A DNA stretch of 64,000 bases from Candidatus Eiseniibacteriota bacterium (lineage in GTDB: Bacteria > Eisenbacteria > RBG-16-71-46): positions 800,001 to 864,000 of the forward strand of contig CAVZLN010000006.1 of assembly GCA_963776245.1 (NCBI GenBank), read 5' to 3'. Every line of letters starts with the position of its first letter. Positions within the stretch are counted from its first letter, which is position 1. A program made the position numbers and the translations under genes. The notes beneath the pieces are model-generated. The model was not told the origin of the DNA and searched no databases. It was given only the letters and a program-made list of their open reading frames with translations. Positions 19,701 to 30,508 of the stretch are shown one piece after another.

Positions 19701-22192
19701 CTCGGGCTCCCTTCGTGCGCCGCGGCCTCGGCGGCGGTGCGCTCGCCCATCGCCAGCGCGCCGCTGAAGCACTTCTGCGCGCACAGGCTGCAGCCCACGC
19801 ACTGCGAGGCGTCGAAGCGCGGGAGGCCCTGCGCGTCGAGGCTCACGGCGAGATAGGCGCAGCGGGTGCAATTGCCGCAGTGCATGCACAGGTCGGGCTC
19901 GAGCCGCGGGATGCGCTTGGTCGCCGACAGCGCCATGAAGTCGGTGATGGGGTCCGGCAGCGCGCGCCCGATGAGTTCGTCCACCGAGCGCAGGCCGCGC
20001 GCTTCCATCAGGTGGCTGAGGCCGGAGTGCAGTTCGTCCACCACGCCGACCCCGTACTTCATCGCCGCGGTGCAGAACTGCACGCTGCGCGCGCCGAGCG
20101 CCAGGAACTGCGCGGCGGCGCGGTAGTCCATCGGGCCGCCGTTCCCCGACACGGTCACGCCGAGGTGCGCGACCGAGGCGAGCGTGAGGTTCGAGATCGG
20201 CGCCACGCCGGCGCCACTCATGCCCACCAGGATGCCCTCGTCCCACGTGCTCTTGGCGCCGGGACGGAAGAACAGGGTCGGGAAGCTGTTGGCCAGGGTC
20301 ACCCCCGCCCGCTTGCCGGGATAGCGGTCGAGCACCTGCTTCACGGCGCGCACGATGACCTCGACCGAGGTCACCATGCCGGTGAGCTTGAAGAGCTTGG
20401 GCACCGCCGGATCGCCGCTCTCCATGATCCATTCCACGATCTTCGCCGTGAGCCCGGGCGACTGCGACACGATCGAGCCCTCGGTGCCGTCGCCGCCCTG
20501 CGGACACGAGAGGCTGAATTCCACCGCCATGGCCCCGGCGCGCTCGAGCTTGCGGCTGTTGGCCTGCCAGACCTTGCGATCCTCCTCGTCGCGCCCGGTC
20601 ACCGGCCCGCCGGTCGAGGCGGCGGTGAGACGGTCGGGGTACTCCTTCACCAGCCGCTCGATCTCGCGACAGACGCGGTCGAGCGGGTGGTCGGAGACGT
20701 TGTCGCAATTGCCGTAGGTGTCGGCGTCGAAGGCGTGCATGTAGTCGGCGGGGATGTGGATGTCGAGCCCGTCGAACGCGGTCTTCATCACGCCGCCGGC
20801 CCAGCCGGCCCGGTACGCCCTGCGCATCGGCTCGTACCCGTCGGTCGGGGGCGCGGCCGAGAGCAGGAACGGCGACCGGATGCGGCGGCCGAAGAAATCG
20901 ACATCGAGCGGCACCGGCAGGTCGCGGCTGCCGGCGAGGCGCACGTGGCTCTTGCGCGGGTCCGGGAACTCGGGCGCCGGCTGCCGCGCGATCCACGCCG
21001 CCAGCGCGACCGCGCCGTTCTTGCCCGAGGCGGCGGCCTCGACCACGTTGCTGGGCCCGTGCGGCGCATCGCCGGCGACGAACACGCCGGAGCGGGTGCC
21101 GGGCGGCAAGCCGGCGCGATTGCCGATCGCGACGATGACTTGCGCGATGCCGTCGAGCGCGTGCGCCGAGCCGGGCTCCGGCACCATCTTCGCCGGATGG
21201 AACTTCTCGCCCGCCGGCAGGCGGACCCGTTCGAGCTTCAGCCCGCTCACACGGCCGCCCGCTCCGAGGATGGCGGTCACGCGCGTGCGCCCCACCAGGT
21301 TGATGGCGTGATCGAGCAGCGACTGGCGCTCGCGCGGCGACAGCGGCATCTCGCCCGCGCGCTCGAGCGTGATCATCTCCACCTCGGTCGCGCCCTGCCG
21401 CGCGGCGGTCACGGCGCAGTCGCAGGCGATCGCGCCGCCGCCGATCACCGCGACGCGCCCGCGCACCGCGTGGCGCTCGGGCTCGGCGAGATAGGCGTTG
21501 CCGGCCAGCGCGAGCGGTTCGCCCTCGATCCCGAGCCGGATGGGATCGTGCAGGCCGGCGGTGACGAGCACGCCGGCGTAGCCCTGGTCGAGCAGCGCGC
21601 CGGGGTCCGCGACCTCGCGACCGGTGTGCAGATGGATGCGCGGGCTGGCGAGCAGCCAGTCGATGTCGGTGTCGAGCACGTTCGGGTCGAGCCGGTGGGT
21701 CGGGATCAGCCGCACCGCGCCCCCGGGCTTCGCCCCGCGCTCGAGCAGGTCCACCTCGAAACCGAGCTGCGCCAGCACGCCGGCGCCCGCCAGGCCCGCC
21801 GCGCCCGCGCCCACGACCGCGACGCGCTGGCCGTTGGCCGGCGTCGGTTCGAGCGCGGGCAGCGTGCCGAGATGTTTCGCGCGCGCCACGATCGACGCCT
21901 GCACCATCGGGATCTCGATCGGGATGTCGAAACCGGCCCGCGCGCACGCGGCCTGACAGTAGATGTCGGGGCACACGCCGCCACACACGCCGCCCAGCGG
22001 GTTCTTGGCCATGATCATCTTGGCGGAGCGTCCGAGGTCGGCCGGGGTGCCTCCGCGGGCGGCCATGATGAAGTCGGCGGGCGAGCAGTCGGCCGGGCAA
22101 GCCTTCATGCACGGCTTCTCCTCGCAGTAGACGCAGCGCGCGATCTCGCTGGCCAGCTGGGCGTCGGTGAGGAACAGGTTCGGGTGTGGCAC
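19697..22192 (-). CDS. Fused PreT-PreA-like FAD/FMN/Fe-S oxidoreductase (DPD-like, possible YgfK functional equivalent)
   Basis: GTG at 22192 after GAAGGGGA RBS. GltD-like N-half (RCVYCEEKPCMKACP, GAGAAG, GGGAIA, AGD). FMN barrel (SPFLLSAAPPTDG, GGVMKT, EFSLSCPQ, GNGG, SVQFCT). C-terminal 2x[4Fe-4S]. Confidence 0.85.
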   Translation of the reverse strand: MPHPNLFLTDAQLASEIARCVYCEEKPCMKACPADCSPADFIMAARGGTPADLGRSAKMIMAKNPLGGVCGGVCPDIYCQAACARAGFDIPIEIPMVQASIVARAKHLGTLPALEPTPANGQRVAVVGAGAAGLAGAGVLAQLGFEVDLLERGAKPGGAVRLIPTHRLDPNVLDTDIDWLLASPRIHLHTGREVADPGALLDQGYAGVLVTAGLHDPIRLGIEGEPLALAGNAYLAEPERHAVRGRVAVIGGGAIACDCAVTAARQGATEVEMITLERAGEMPLSPRERQSLLDHAINLVGRTRVTAILGAGGRVSGLKLERVRLPAGEKFHPAKMVPEPGSAHALDGIAQVIVAIGNRAGLPPGTRSGVFVAGDAPHGPSNVVEAAASGKNGAVALAAWIARQPAPEFPDPRKSHVRLAGSRDLPVPLDVDFFGRRIRSPFLLSAAPPTDGYEPMRRAYRAGWAGGVMKTAFDGLDIHIPADYMHAFDADTYGNCDNVSDHPLDRVCREIERLVKEYPDRLTAASTGGPVTGRDEEDRKVWQANSRKLERAGAMAVEFSLSCPQGGDGTEGSIVSQSPGLTAKIVEWIMESGDPAVPKLFKLTGMVTSVEVIVRAVKQVLDRYPGKRAGVTLANSFPTLFFRPGAKSTWDEGILVGMSGAGVAPISNLTLASVAHLGVTVSGNGGPMDYRAAAQFLALGARSVQFCTAAMKYGVGVVDELHSGLSHLMEARGLRSVDELIGRALPDPITDFMALSATKRIPRLEPDLCMHCGNCTRCAYLAVSLDAQGLPRFDASQCVGCSLCAQKCFSGALAMGERTAAEAAAHEGSPR

Positions 22193-22259
22193 GGGGGCAT
22201 CCCCTTCGGGTTGTCGTCTTGCGGCGCGGTTCCGGACCGATTGGCGAGCGGTGTGGAGC

Positions 22260-22289
22260 AGTGTAGACGAGACCCGCTTGGCATGCGAA
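22260..22289 (-). promoter_or_regulatory. Putative sigma70-type promoter for the DPD-like gene
   Basis: Minus strand TTCGCA-N18-TACACT, ~70 bp upstream of the start. Confidence 0.4.
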
Positions 22290-22323
22290 GCGCGGAGATG
22301 AGCGGGGAGATGAGCGCGGGGCG

Positions 22324-22396
22324 GAGGGGAGCGAGCCCGAATCCTCCGCGGTGCAATACCCACACGCACCGCTCCGGATCCAGGCTCGCTCCCCTC
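22324..22396 (-). other. Structured hairpin element, copy 1
   Basis: Minus strand: GAGGGGAGCGAGCC TGGATCC GGA GCGGTGC [GTGTGGGTATT] GCACCGC GGA GGATTCG GGCTCGCTCCCCTC. Confidence 0.85.
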
Positions 22397-22425
22397 GCTG
22401 TGCCTCGATGGCCACACGTTGCCGA

Positions 22426-22500
22426 GGCGCTGGATGAGGGCAGGCCCGGAGGGGTGCGTGTGGGTATTGCACCCCGGAGGGTCTGCCCCCATCCGGCGCC
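22426..22500 (+). other. Structured hairpin element, copy 2 (inverted relative to copy 1)
   Basis: Plus strand: GGCGCTGGATG A GGGCAGGCCC GGA GGGGTGC [GTGTGGGTATT] GCACCCC GGA GGGTCTGCCC C CATCCGGCGCC. Confidence 0.85.
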
Positions 22501-22547
22501 CCCCGCACGGGAATCGGAGGTGGCCGCGGGCGCGCGGTGCGTATCGC

Positions 22548-22576
22548 GTGAAACGCTGGGCCGCACGCGCTATAGT
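22548..22576 (+). promoter_or_regulatory. Putative sigma70-type promoter for the molybdenum hydroxylase operon
   Basis: GTGAAA-N17-TATAGT, a strong -10 for this GC-rich background. Confidence 0.55.
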
Positions 22577-22651
22577 GCCGCGCTCGAGGCCTGACGGTGG
22601 AGCGCGCGGAGCGATGGCGAGCCGGTGCGGGACCGCACCCGGAGGGACGTG

Positions 22652-25288
<2,637 letters not shown>

Positions 25289-25355
25289 GCCGCCGCATCG
25301 CGCGGGCGACCACTCACCGGAGCGCGTCCCGCTGGGCGCGCCGCGAGGACCACCG

Positions 25356-26492
25356 ATGAACCCCGACACGACCACTCGGGCCGCCGGCACGCGGCCGGGC
25401 TACGTCAACTCCCACACCCACTTCTACAGCGGTCTGGCGCCGCTCGGCATGCCCGCGCCCGCGGTCCCGCCCGAGAACTTCGTGCAGATCCTGGAGCGCG
25501 TGTGGTGGCGGCTCGATCGCGCGCTCGACCCGGCCACGCTGCGGGCGTCGGTGCGCCTGTACGTCGCCGAGGCGCTGCTCCACGGCACCACCACGCTCAT
25601 CGACCACCACGAATCGCCGTCCTTCATCGACGGCTCGCTCGACGTGCTGGCGGACGCCTGCGACGAGCTGGGCGCGCGCGCGCTGCTCACCTTCGGCGCC
25701 ACCGACCGCAATGGCGGCCGCTCCGAGGGGCAGGCCGGACTCGCGGAGTGCCGGCGCTTCATGCGGGAGAATCGCCGCCCGAACGTGCGCGGCGTGGTGG
25801 GCCTGCACGCCTCGTTCACGGTCTCGGACGAGACCGTCGAAGAGGCCGCCGCGATGTGCCGCGAGCTCGGCACGGTGATGCACGTGCACATGGCCGAGGA
25901 CGTCGCCGACGTCGCCGACGCGCGCAAGCGCGGCCACGCCGGCCCGCTCGAACGCCTGCTCACGCATGGCGCGCTGCCCCCGGGGTCGATCATGGCCCAC
26001 GGCGTCCACCTCGACGAGGCGCAGGTGCGCGCCGCGGCGTCGCGGCGCCTGTGGCTGGTGCAGAACCCGCGCTCCAACGAGGGCAATCGGGTGGGCTTCG
26101 CCACCGCGCTCAAGGCGTCCGAGCGCGTCGCGCTCGGCACCGATGGCTATCCGGCCGATCTGCCGGCGGAATTGCACGACCTCCAGCGCATCGCCGCCCG
26201 CGCCGACGGGAGTCTCGACCCCGGGGTGCTGCGCGCGCGGCTCGACTCCGGGCGCAAGCTCGCGGCCGAGCGCTTCGGCGCCGACGCCCTGGCGCGCGAC
26301 GCGGTGGAGCTGGTGCCACCCACCGCCAGCACCGCGGGCGGTCCCGCCCCCACGCGCGCGCTCCGCGTGGTGGTGGCCGGCGAGACCGTGGTGGAGAACG
26401 GCCGCCTGGTGCGCGCCGACCTGGAGGAGATCCGGTTGGAAGCGCGCGAGCAGGCCACGCGGCTGTGGTCCCGCATGAACGCGCTGGCCTGA
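25356..26492 (+). CDS. SsnA-like metal-dependent amidohydrolase
   Basis: PGYVNSHTHFYS, NFVQILERVWWRLDRALD, GTTTLIDHHESP, GLHASFT, HVHMAE, NPRSN, LGTDG. Confidence 0.85.
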   Translation: MNPDTTTRAAGTRPGYVNSHTHFYSGLAPLGMPAPAVPPENFVQILERVWWRLDRALDPATLRASVRLYVAEALLHGTTTLIDHHESPSFIDGSLDVLADACDELGARALLTFGATDRNGGRSEGQAGLAECRRFMRENRRPNVRGVVGLHASFTVSDETVEEAAAMCRELGTVMHVHMAEDVADVADARKRGHAGPLERLLTHGALPPGSIMAHGVHLDEAQVRAAASRRLWLVQNPRSNEGNRVGFATALKASERVALGTDGYPADLPAELHDLQRIAARADGSLDPGVLRARLDSGRKLAAERFGADALARDAVELVPPTASTAGGPAPTRALRVVVAGETVVENGRLVRADLEEIRLEAREQATRLWSRMNALA

Positions 26493-26626
26493 GCGGCCCG
26501 CTTGTGCCCAGGAGGTGCGCGCGATAGTTTCCGCGTCGCGACCCGCTGTGGCGTCGCCGAGGTGGTGCGAGATCCTCTGCCGCCCGGCGCGCCGCGGCTT
26601 CCACCCTACCGACGGTGAACCGGTCC

Positions 26627-27784
26627 ATGCGCATCGGCATCCTCACGGGCGGCGGCGACGTCCCCGGTCTGAACTCGACGATCAAGGCAGCGGTCCACCG
26701 CGCCGCCGAGGAGGGCAGCGAGGTCATCGGCCTGCGGCGTGGCTGGGCCGGCCTGCTCCATCTGAACCCGGACGACCCGGCGAGCCGCGAGGAGTACGTC
26801 GTCCCGCTCAACCGCGCGAACACGCGGACCATCGATCGCAGCGGCGGCACCTTCCTGCACACCTCGCGCACGAATCCCGCGAAGGTGAGCCTCCCGGACC
26901 TCCCCGACTTCCTGCGGGGCGACCACGCGGGTCTGGGCCCGGACCAGCGGGCGGACTGCACCCCGCACGTGTTGCGCGCGATCCAGCACCTCGGCCTCGA
27001 GGGACTGATCGCGATCGGCGGAGACGACACGCTCTCGTACGCGGTGCGGCTGCACCGCGAGGGTGTGCCGGTGGTGTGCATCCCGAAGACCATGGACAAC
27101 GACGTCTACGGCACCGACTACTGCATCGGGTTCTCGACCGCCGTCACGCGCAGCGTGGAGTTCATCCACGCGCTGCGCACCGCCGCCGGCTCGCATGAAC
27201 GCATCGCGGTGGTCGAGCTGTTCGGGCGCTATTCCGGCGAGACCTCGCTGATCGCCGCCTATCTGGCGGGCGTCGACCGCGCCGTCATCTCCGAGGTGGA
27301 CTTCGATGTCGAGAAGCTCACCCGCTTCCTGTACGAGGACCGGCGCGCCAATCCCAGCTCGTACGCGGTGGTCACGGTGTCGGAGGGCGCCAAGCCGCTG
27401 GGAGGCCAGCTCACCACCAGCGGCGAGGCGGACGCGTACGGCCACAAGAAGCTCGGCGGCGTGGGCCAGTTCGTGGCGGCCGAGGTCGAGCGGCGCACCA
27501 ACGTGCGCACGCTCTACCAGCAGGTGGCCTACCTGATGCGCAGCGGGGCGCCCGACGCGCTCGATCGCATGGTGGCCACCACGTACGGCTACCTCGCCAC
27601 CGATCTGCTGCTCAAGAAGCAGTACGGGCGGATGGTGGCGCTGCGCGATGGCAAGTACACCACGGTCTCGGCGAACAGCATCTCCGAGGGCCGGAAGTGC
27701 GTGGACGTGGACGAGCTGTACGACATCGAGAACTACCGCCCGAAGGTGGCGCACCTGTTGGGCAAGCCGATGTTCCTGTACTGA
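26627..27784 (+). CDS. pfkA: 6-phosphofructokinase (PfkA family, PPi-type signature)
   Basis: [48 protein letters not shown]. Confidence 0.9.
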   Translation: MRIGILTGGGDVPGLNSTIKAAVHRAAEEGSEVIGLRRGWAGLLHLNPDDPASREEYVVPLNRANTRTIDRSGGTFLHTSRTNPAKVSLPDLPDFLRGDHAGLGPDQRADCTPHVLRAIQHLGLEGLIAIGGDDTLSYAVRLHREGVPVVCIPKTMDNDVYGTDYCIGFSTAVTRSVEFIHALRTAAGSHERIAVVELFGRYSGETSLIAAYLAGVDRAVISEVDFDVEKLTRFLYEDRRANPSSYAVVTVSEGAKPLGGQLTTSGEADAYGHKKLGGVGQFVAAEVERRTNVRTLYQQVAYLMRSGAPDALDRMVATTYGYLATDLLLKKQYGRMVALRDGKYTTVSANSISEGRKCVDVDELYDIENYRPKVAHLLGKPMFLY

Positions 27785-27856
27785 CCGTCCGGCGTCCCGC
27801 GGCCCCGACCCTCACGTGCGCGTGAGGCCGGCGACCTGACCGCCTGTCTTGAGCGC

Positions 27857-28003
27857 CTGTCAGGATGACAGCGGGGACCCTCGCCCCGACCCCGCATGCT
27901 CCCCCGGCGGCCGGGCCCGCGTCGCTCAATGCGCGCTCCGGCCACGAGTTGCCCGCGCTCGCGAGGGCTCGAGCGATCGCGGCGGCTTGGCGCGAAGCAT
28001 GCT
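27857..28003 (+). promoter_or_regulatory. Putative sigma54 promoter with upstream palindromic enhancer
   Basis: TGGCGCGAAGCATGCT at 27988-28003 (GG-N10-GC); palindrome CTGTCA-GGA-TGACAG at 27857-27871. Confidence 0.55.
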
Positions 28004-28110
28004 TTTCGCATCCTCTCCCCACCGAAAGGCGCCCCCGGCGGCAGCTCGAGCCCGGCCCGCTGCGATGGGACGCGCGATCATCTTCGGACTTCTCCGGCCA
28101 GGAGCACCCG

Positions 28111-28692
28111 ATGCGCGAATTCCGGATCCACGGACGCGGAGGGCAGGGCGCCGTCATCGCCTCGAAACTGCTCGCCTCCGCCCTGTTCCACGAAGGCAAG
28201 GCGGTCCAGTCGTTCCCCGCCTTCGGCGTCGAGCGCCGCGGGGCGCCGGTGACCGCGTTCCTGCGCATGTCCGACGGCCCGATCCTGCTGCGCTGCGAGA
28301 TCACGGCGCCGGACGGCCTGATCATCCTCGATCCCACGCTGATCAAGGCCATCGACGTCACCCAGGGCCTCAAGCCCGGGGGCACCATCCTCATCAACAC
28401 CGACCGCACGCCCGACACCTACGCGAGCCTCGCCAGCCGCTTCCGCGTCGCGCTGGTGGACGCCTCGAGCATCGCGCGCCGGCACGGGCTCGGCTCCAAG
28501 ACCCAGCCGATCGTGAACACCGCCATCCTCGGCGCGTTCGCGACCGACTCCGGGCTCGTCGGCCTCGAGGCCATCTGCGACGCCATCACGGAGTCCGTGC
28601 CCACCAAGCCGGAACGGAACGTGGAAGCCGCCCGCGAAGCGGCGCGCTTGGTGGTCCGCGCCCCAGCCACGGAGGTGCAGCATGCCCGATGA
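28111..28692 (+). CDS. 2-oxoacid:acceptor oxidoreductase gamma subunit
   Basis: MREFRIHGRGGQGAV, FPAFGVERRGAPV, IVNTAILGA. Confidence 0.92.
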   Translation: MREFRIHGRGGQGAVIASKLLASALFHEGKAVQSFPAFGVERRGAPVTAFLRMSDGPILLRCEITAPDGLIILDPTLIKAIDVTQGLKPGGTILINTDRTPDTYASLASRFRVALVDASSIARRHGLGSKTQPIVNTAILGAFATDSGLVGLEAICDAITESVPTKPERNVEAAREAARLVVRAPATEVQHAR

Positions 28693-30508
28693 GCGCCGCA
28701 CTCCCGACCTCGCGCACGGCGTGCCGCCGATCTCCGTGAGCGCAGAGACGACCCTCGGCAACCGCACCGGCTCGTGGAAGTACGTGCAGCCCCGGTATCA
28801 GGACCGCGGCGCGCCCTGCAACGCGGCGTGCCCGGCGGGAATCGACATCGAGGGCGCGATGAACCTGCTGCGGCAGGACCGGGCCGCGGAAGCCCGCGAG
28901 CTGGTGCTGCGCGAGAACCCGATGCCCGCCGTCACCGGCCGCCTGTGCGACCACCCCTGTCACGCGGCGTGCAACCGCGCTCAGTTCGACGGGGCCCTCA
29001 ACATCCGCGCGATCGAACGCATGCTGGGCGACGACGAGCCCGCGACGGGCACCGAGACCCCGGCCCGCACCCGCACCGAGAAGGTCGCGGTGGTGGGCTC
29101 GGGCCCGGCCGGACTGGCGTGCGCCTATCACCTCGCGCGCCTCGGGCTCGCGGTCACGGTGTTCGAGGGCGATGCCGAACCGGGTGGCTGGCTGCGCTGG
29201 CTGCCGGAGTTCCGGCTGCCGCGCGCGGTGCTGGCGCGCGAGATCGAGCGCGTGCGCGCCGCCGGCGTGACCATCCGATGCGGCTCCACCGTGGGCACGG
29301 AGGTGGACTGGAAGACGCTCGAGGGCTACGACGCGGTCTTCCTCGCCACTGGCGCCCGCGCCGGCCGGAGCGTGGAGATGACGTCGCATGACGTGCCGGA
29401 CGTGCGCCCGGGGCTGGACTTCCTGCGCGAACTGAAGTCCGGCGAGCGCGGCACCCTCGGGCGCCGGGTGGTCGTGGTGGGCGGGACCGACACGGCGGTG
29501 GACTGCGCCCGCGCCGCGCTGAGGCTGGGCGCGGAGCCGGTGGTGCTCTACCCCGGCACCCGCGCCGACCTGCCGGCGAACCCGGATGCGGTCGACGAGG
29601 CCCTCCGCGAGGGCGTGCGCTTCGAGTTCCTGGCCTCGCCGGTGGGGCTCCAGACCGCCGAACACGCCAACGAAGAACCACCACTCGAGGCCATCCGCAC
29701 CATGTTCGTGGAGGGCGATGGCCAGCCCGCGCCCGAGCGGCTGACGGGCGTGCGATGCGTGCGCATGCGGCCGCCGGCCGACGGCGCCACGCACCCGGTG
29801 CCGGTGCCGGGCAGCCCGTTCTTCCTGCCCGCCGACACGCTCCTCACCGCGGTGGGGCGCGAGGCGGACTTCGACTGCCTGCCCGCGGACATCACCCGCA
29901 AGGGCTACCTCATCCGGGTGGACGCGTTCGGGCACACCAGTCGCCGGGGCTTCTTCGCCGGTGGGGACGTGACCGGCGAGCCGCGCACCGTCGCGCATGC
30001 CCTCGGCGCCGGGAAGCGGGCGGCGATCGGCATCGACCATTACCTGCGGCAGCGCGGCGGCGAGCCACTCGAGACGCTCGCGGAGACAGCGCTGCGATAT
30101 GGCGGCTCGGGCAGCATGAGCATCACGCGCTGGCGCGGCGACGACCCGGTGACGCGCACCAGCCCGGTGAACGAGCTGGTGCCGTTCGACGCGCTCAACA
30201 TGGCCCACTTCACCCGGGTCCCGGGGGCGGCGGACCACCTCCGCCCGCCCGATGAGAGCCGCGCGGACTTCGCCGAATCCAACCTCGGCCTGGCGCGCGA
30301 CGCGGCGCTGGCCGAGGCGAAGCGCTGTTTCAACTGCGGCGTGTGCAACATGTGCGGGCTGTGCATGGTGTTCTGCCCCGACGTCGCCATCAAGCCGCAC
30401 GCGAGCGGGCACGGCTATTCGCTCTCCTACAAGTACTGCAAGGGCTGCGGCGTGTGCGTGGAGGAATGCCCGCGCGGCGCCATGATCATGACGCGGGAGG
30501 GCCTGTGA
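28682..30508 (+). CDS. Delta-subunit/GltD-like fusion (FAD/NAD(P)H-binding Fe-S protein)
   Basis: N-terminal NRTGSWKYVQP; PCNAACP, GSGPAG, AGGD; C-terminal RCFNCGVCNMCGLCMVFCPD and YCKGCGVCVEECP. Confidence 0.8.
   Translation: MPDERRTPDLAHGVPPISVSAETTLGNRTGSWKYVQPRYQDRGAPCNAACPAGIDIEGAMNLLRQDRAAEARELVLRENPMPAVTGRLCDHPCHAACNRAQFDGALNIRAIERMLGDDEPATGTETPARTRTEKVAVVGSGPAGLACAYHLARLGLAVTVFEGDAEPGGWLRWLPEFRLPRAVLAREIERVRAAGVTIRCGSTVGTEVDWKTLEGYDAVFLATGARAGRSVEMTSHDVPDVRPGLDFLRELKSGERGTLGRRVVVVGGTDTAVDCARAALRLGAEPVVLYPGTRADLPANPDAVDEALREGVRFEFLASPVGLQTAEHANEEPPLEAIRTMFVEGDGQPAPERLTGVRCVRMRPPADGATHPVPVPGSPFFLPADTLLTAVGREADFDCLPADITRKGYLIRVDAFGHTSRRGFFAGGDVTGEPRTVAHALGAGKRAAIGIDHYLRQRGGEPLETLAETALRYGGSGSMSITRWRGDDPVTRTSPVNELVPFDALNMAHFTRVPGAADHLRPPDESRADFAESNLGLARDAALAEAKRCFNCGVCNMCGLCMVFCPDVAIKPHASGHGYSLSYKYCKGCGVCVEECPRGAMIMTREGL

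Noticed and set aside
22409..22471. Sigma54-like motifs TGGCCACACGTTGC and ...GGGTATTGCA in the hairpin region
   Set aside because: The first has GG-N9-GC spacing rather than N10. The second has CG rather than GG at the -24 position.
22343..22480. The hairpin repeats as a CRISPR array, integron attC sites or IS ends
   Set aside because: There are only two copies, in inverted orientation. There are no spacers or cas genes, no GTTRRRY/RYYYAAC boxes, and no transposase or target duplication.
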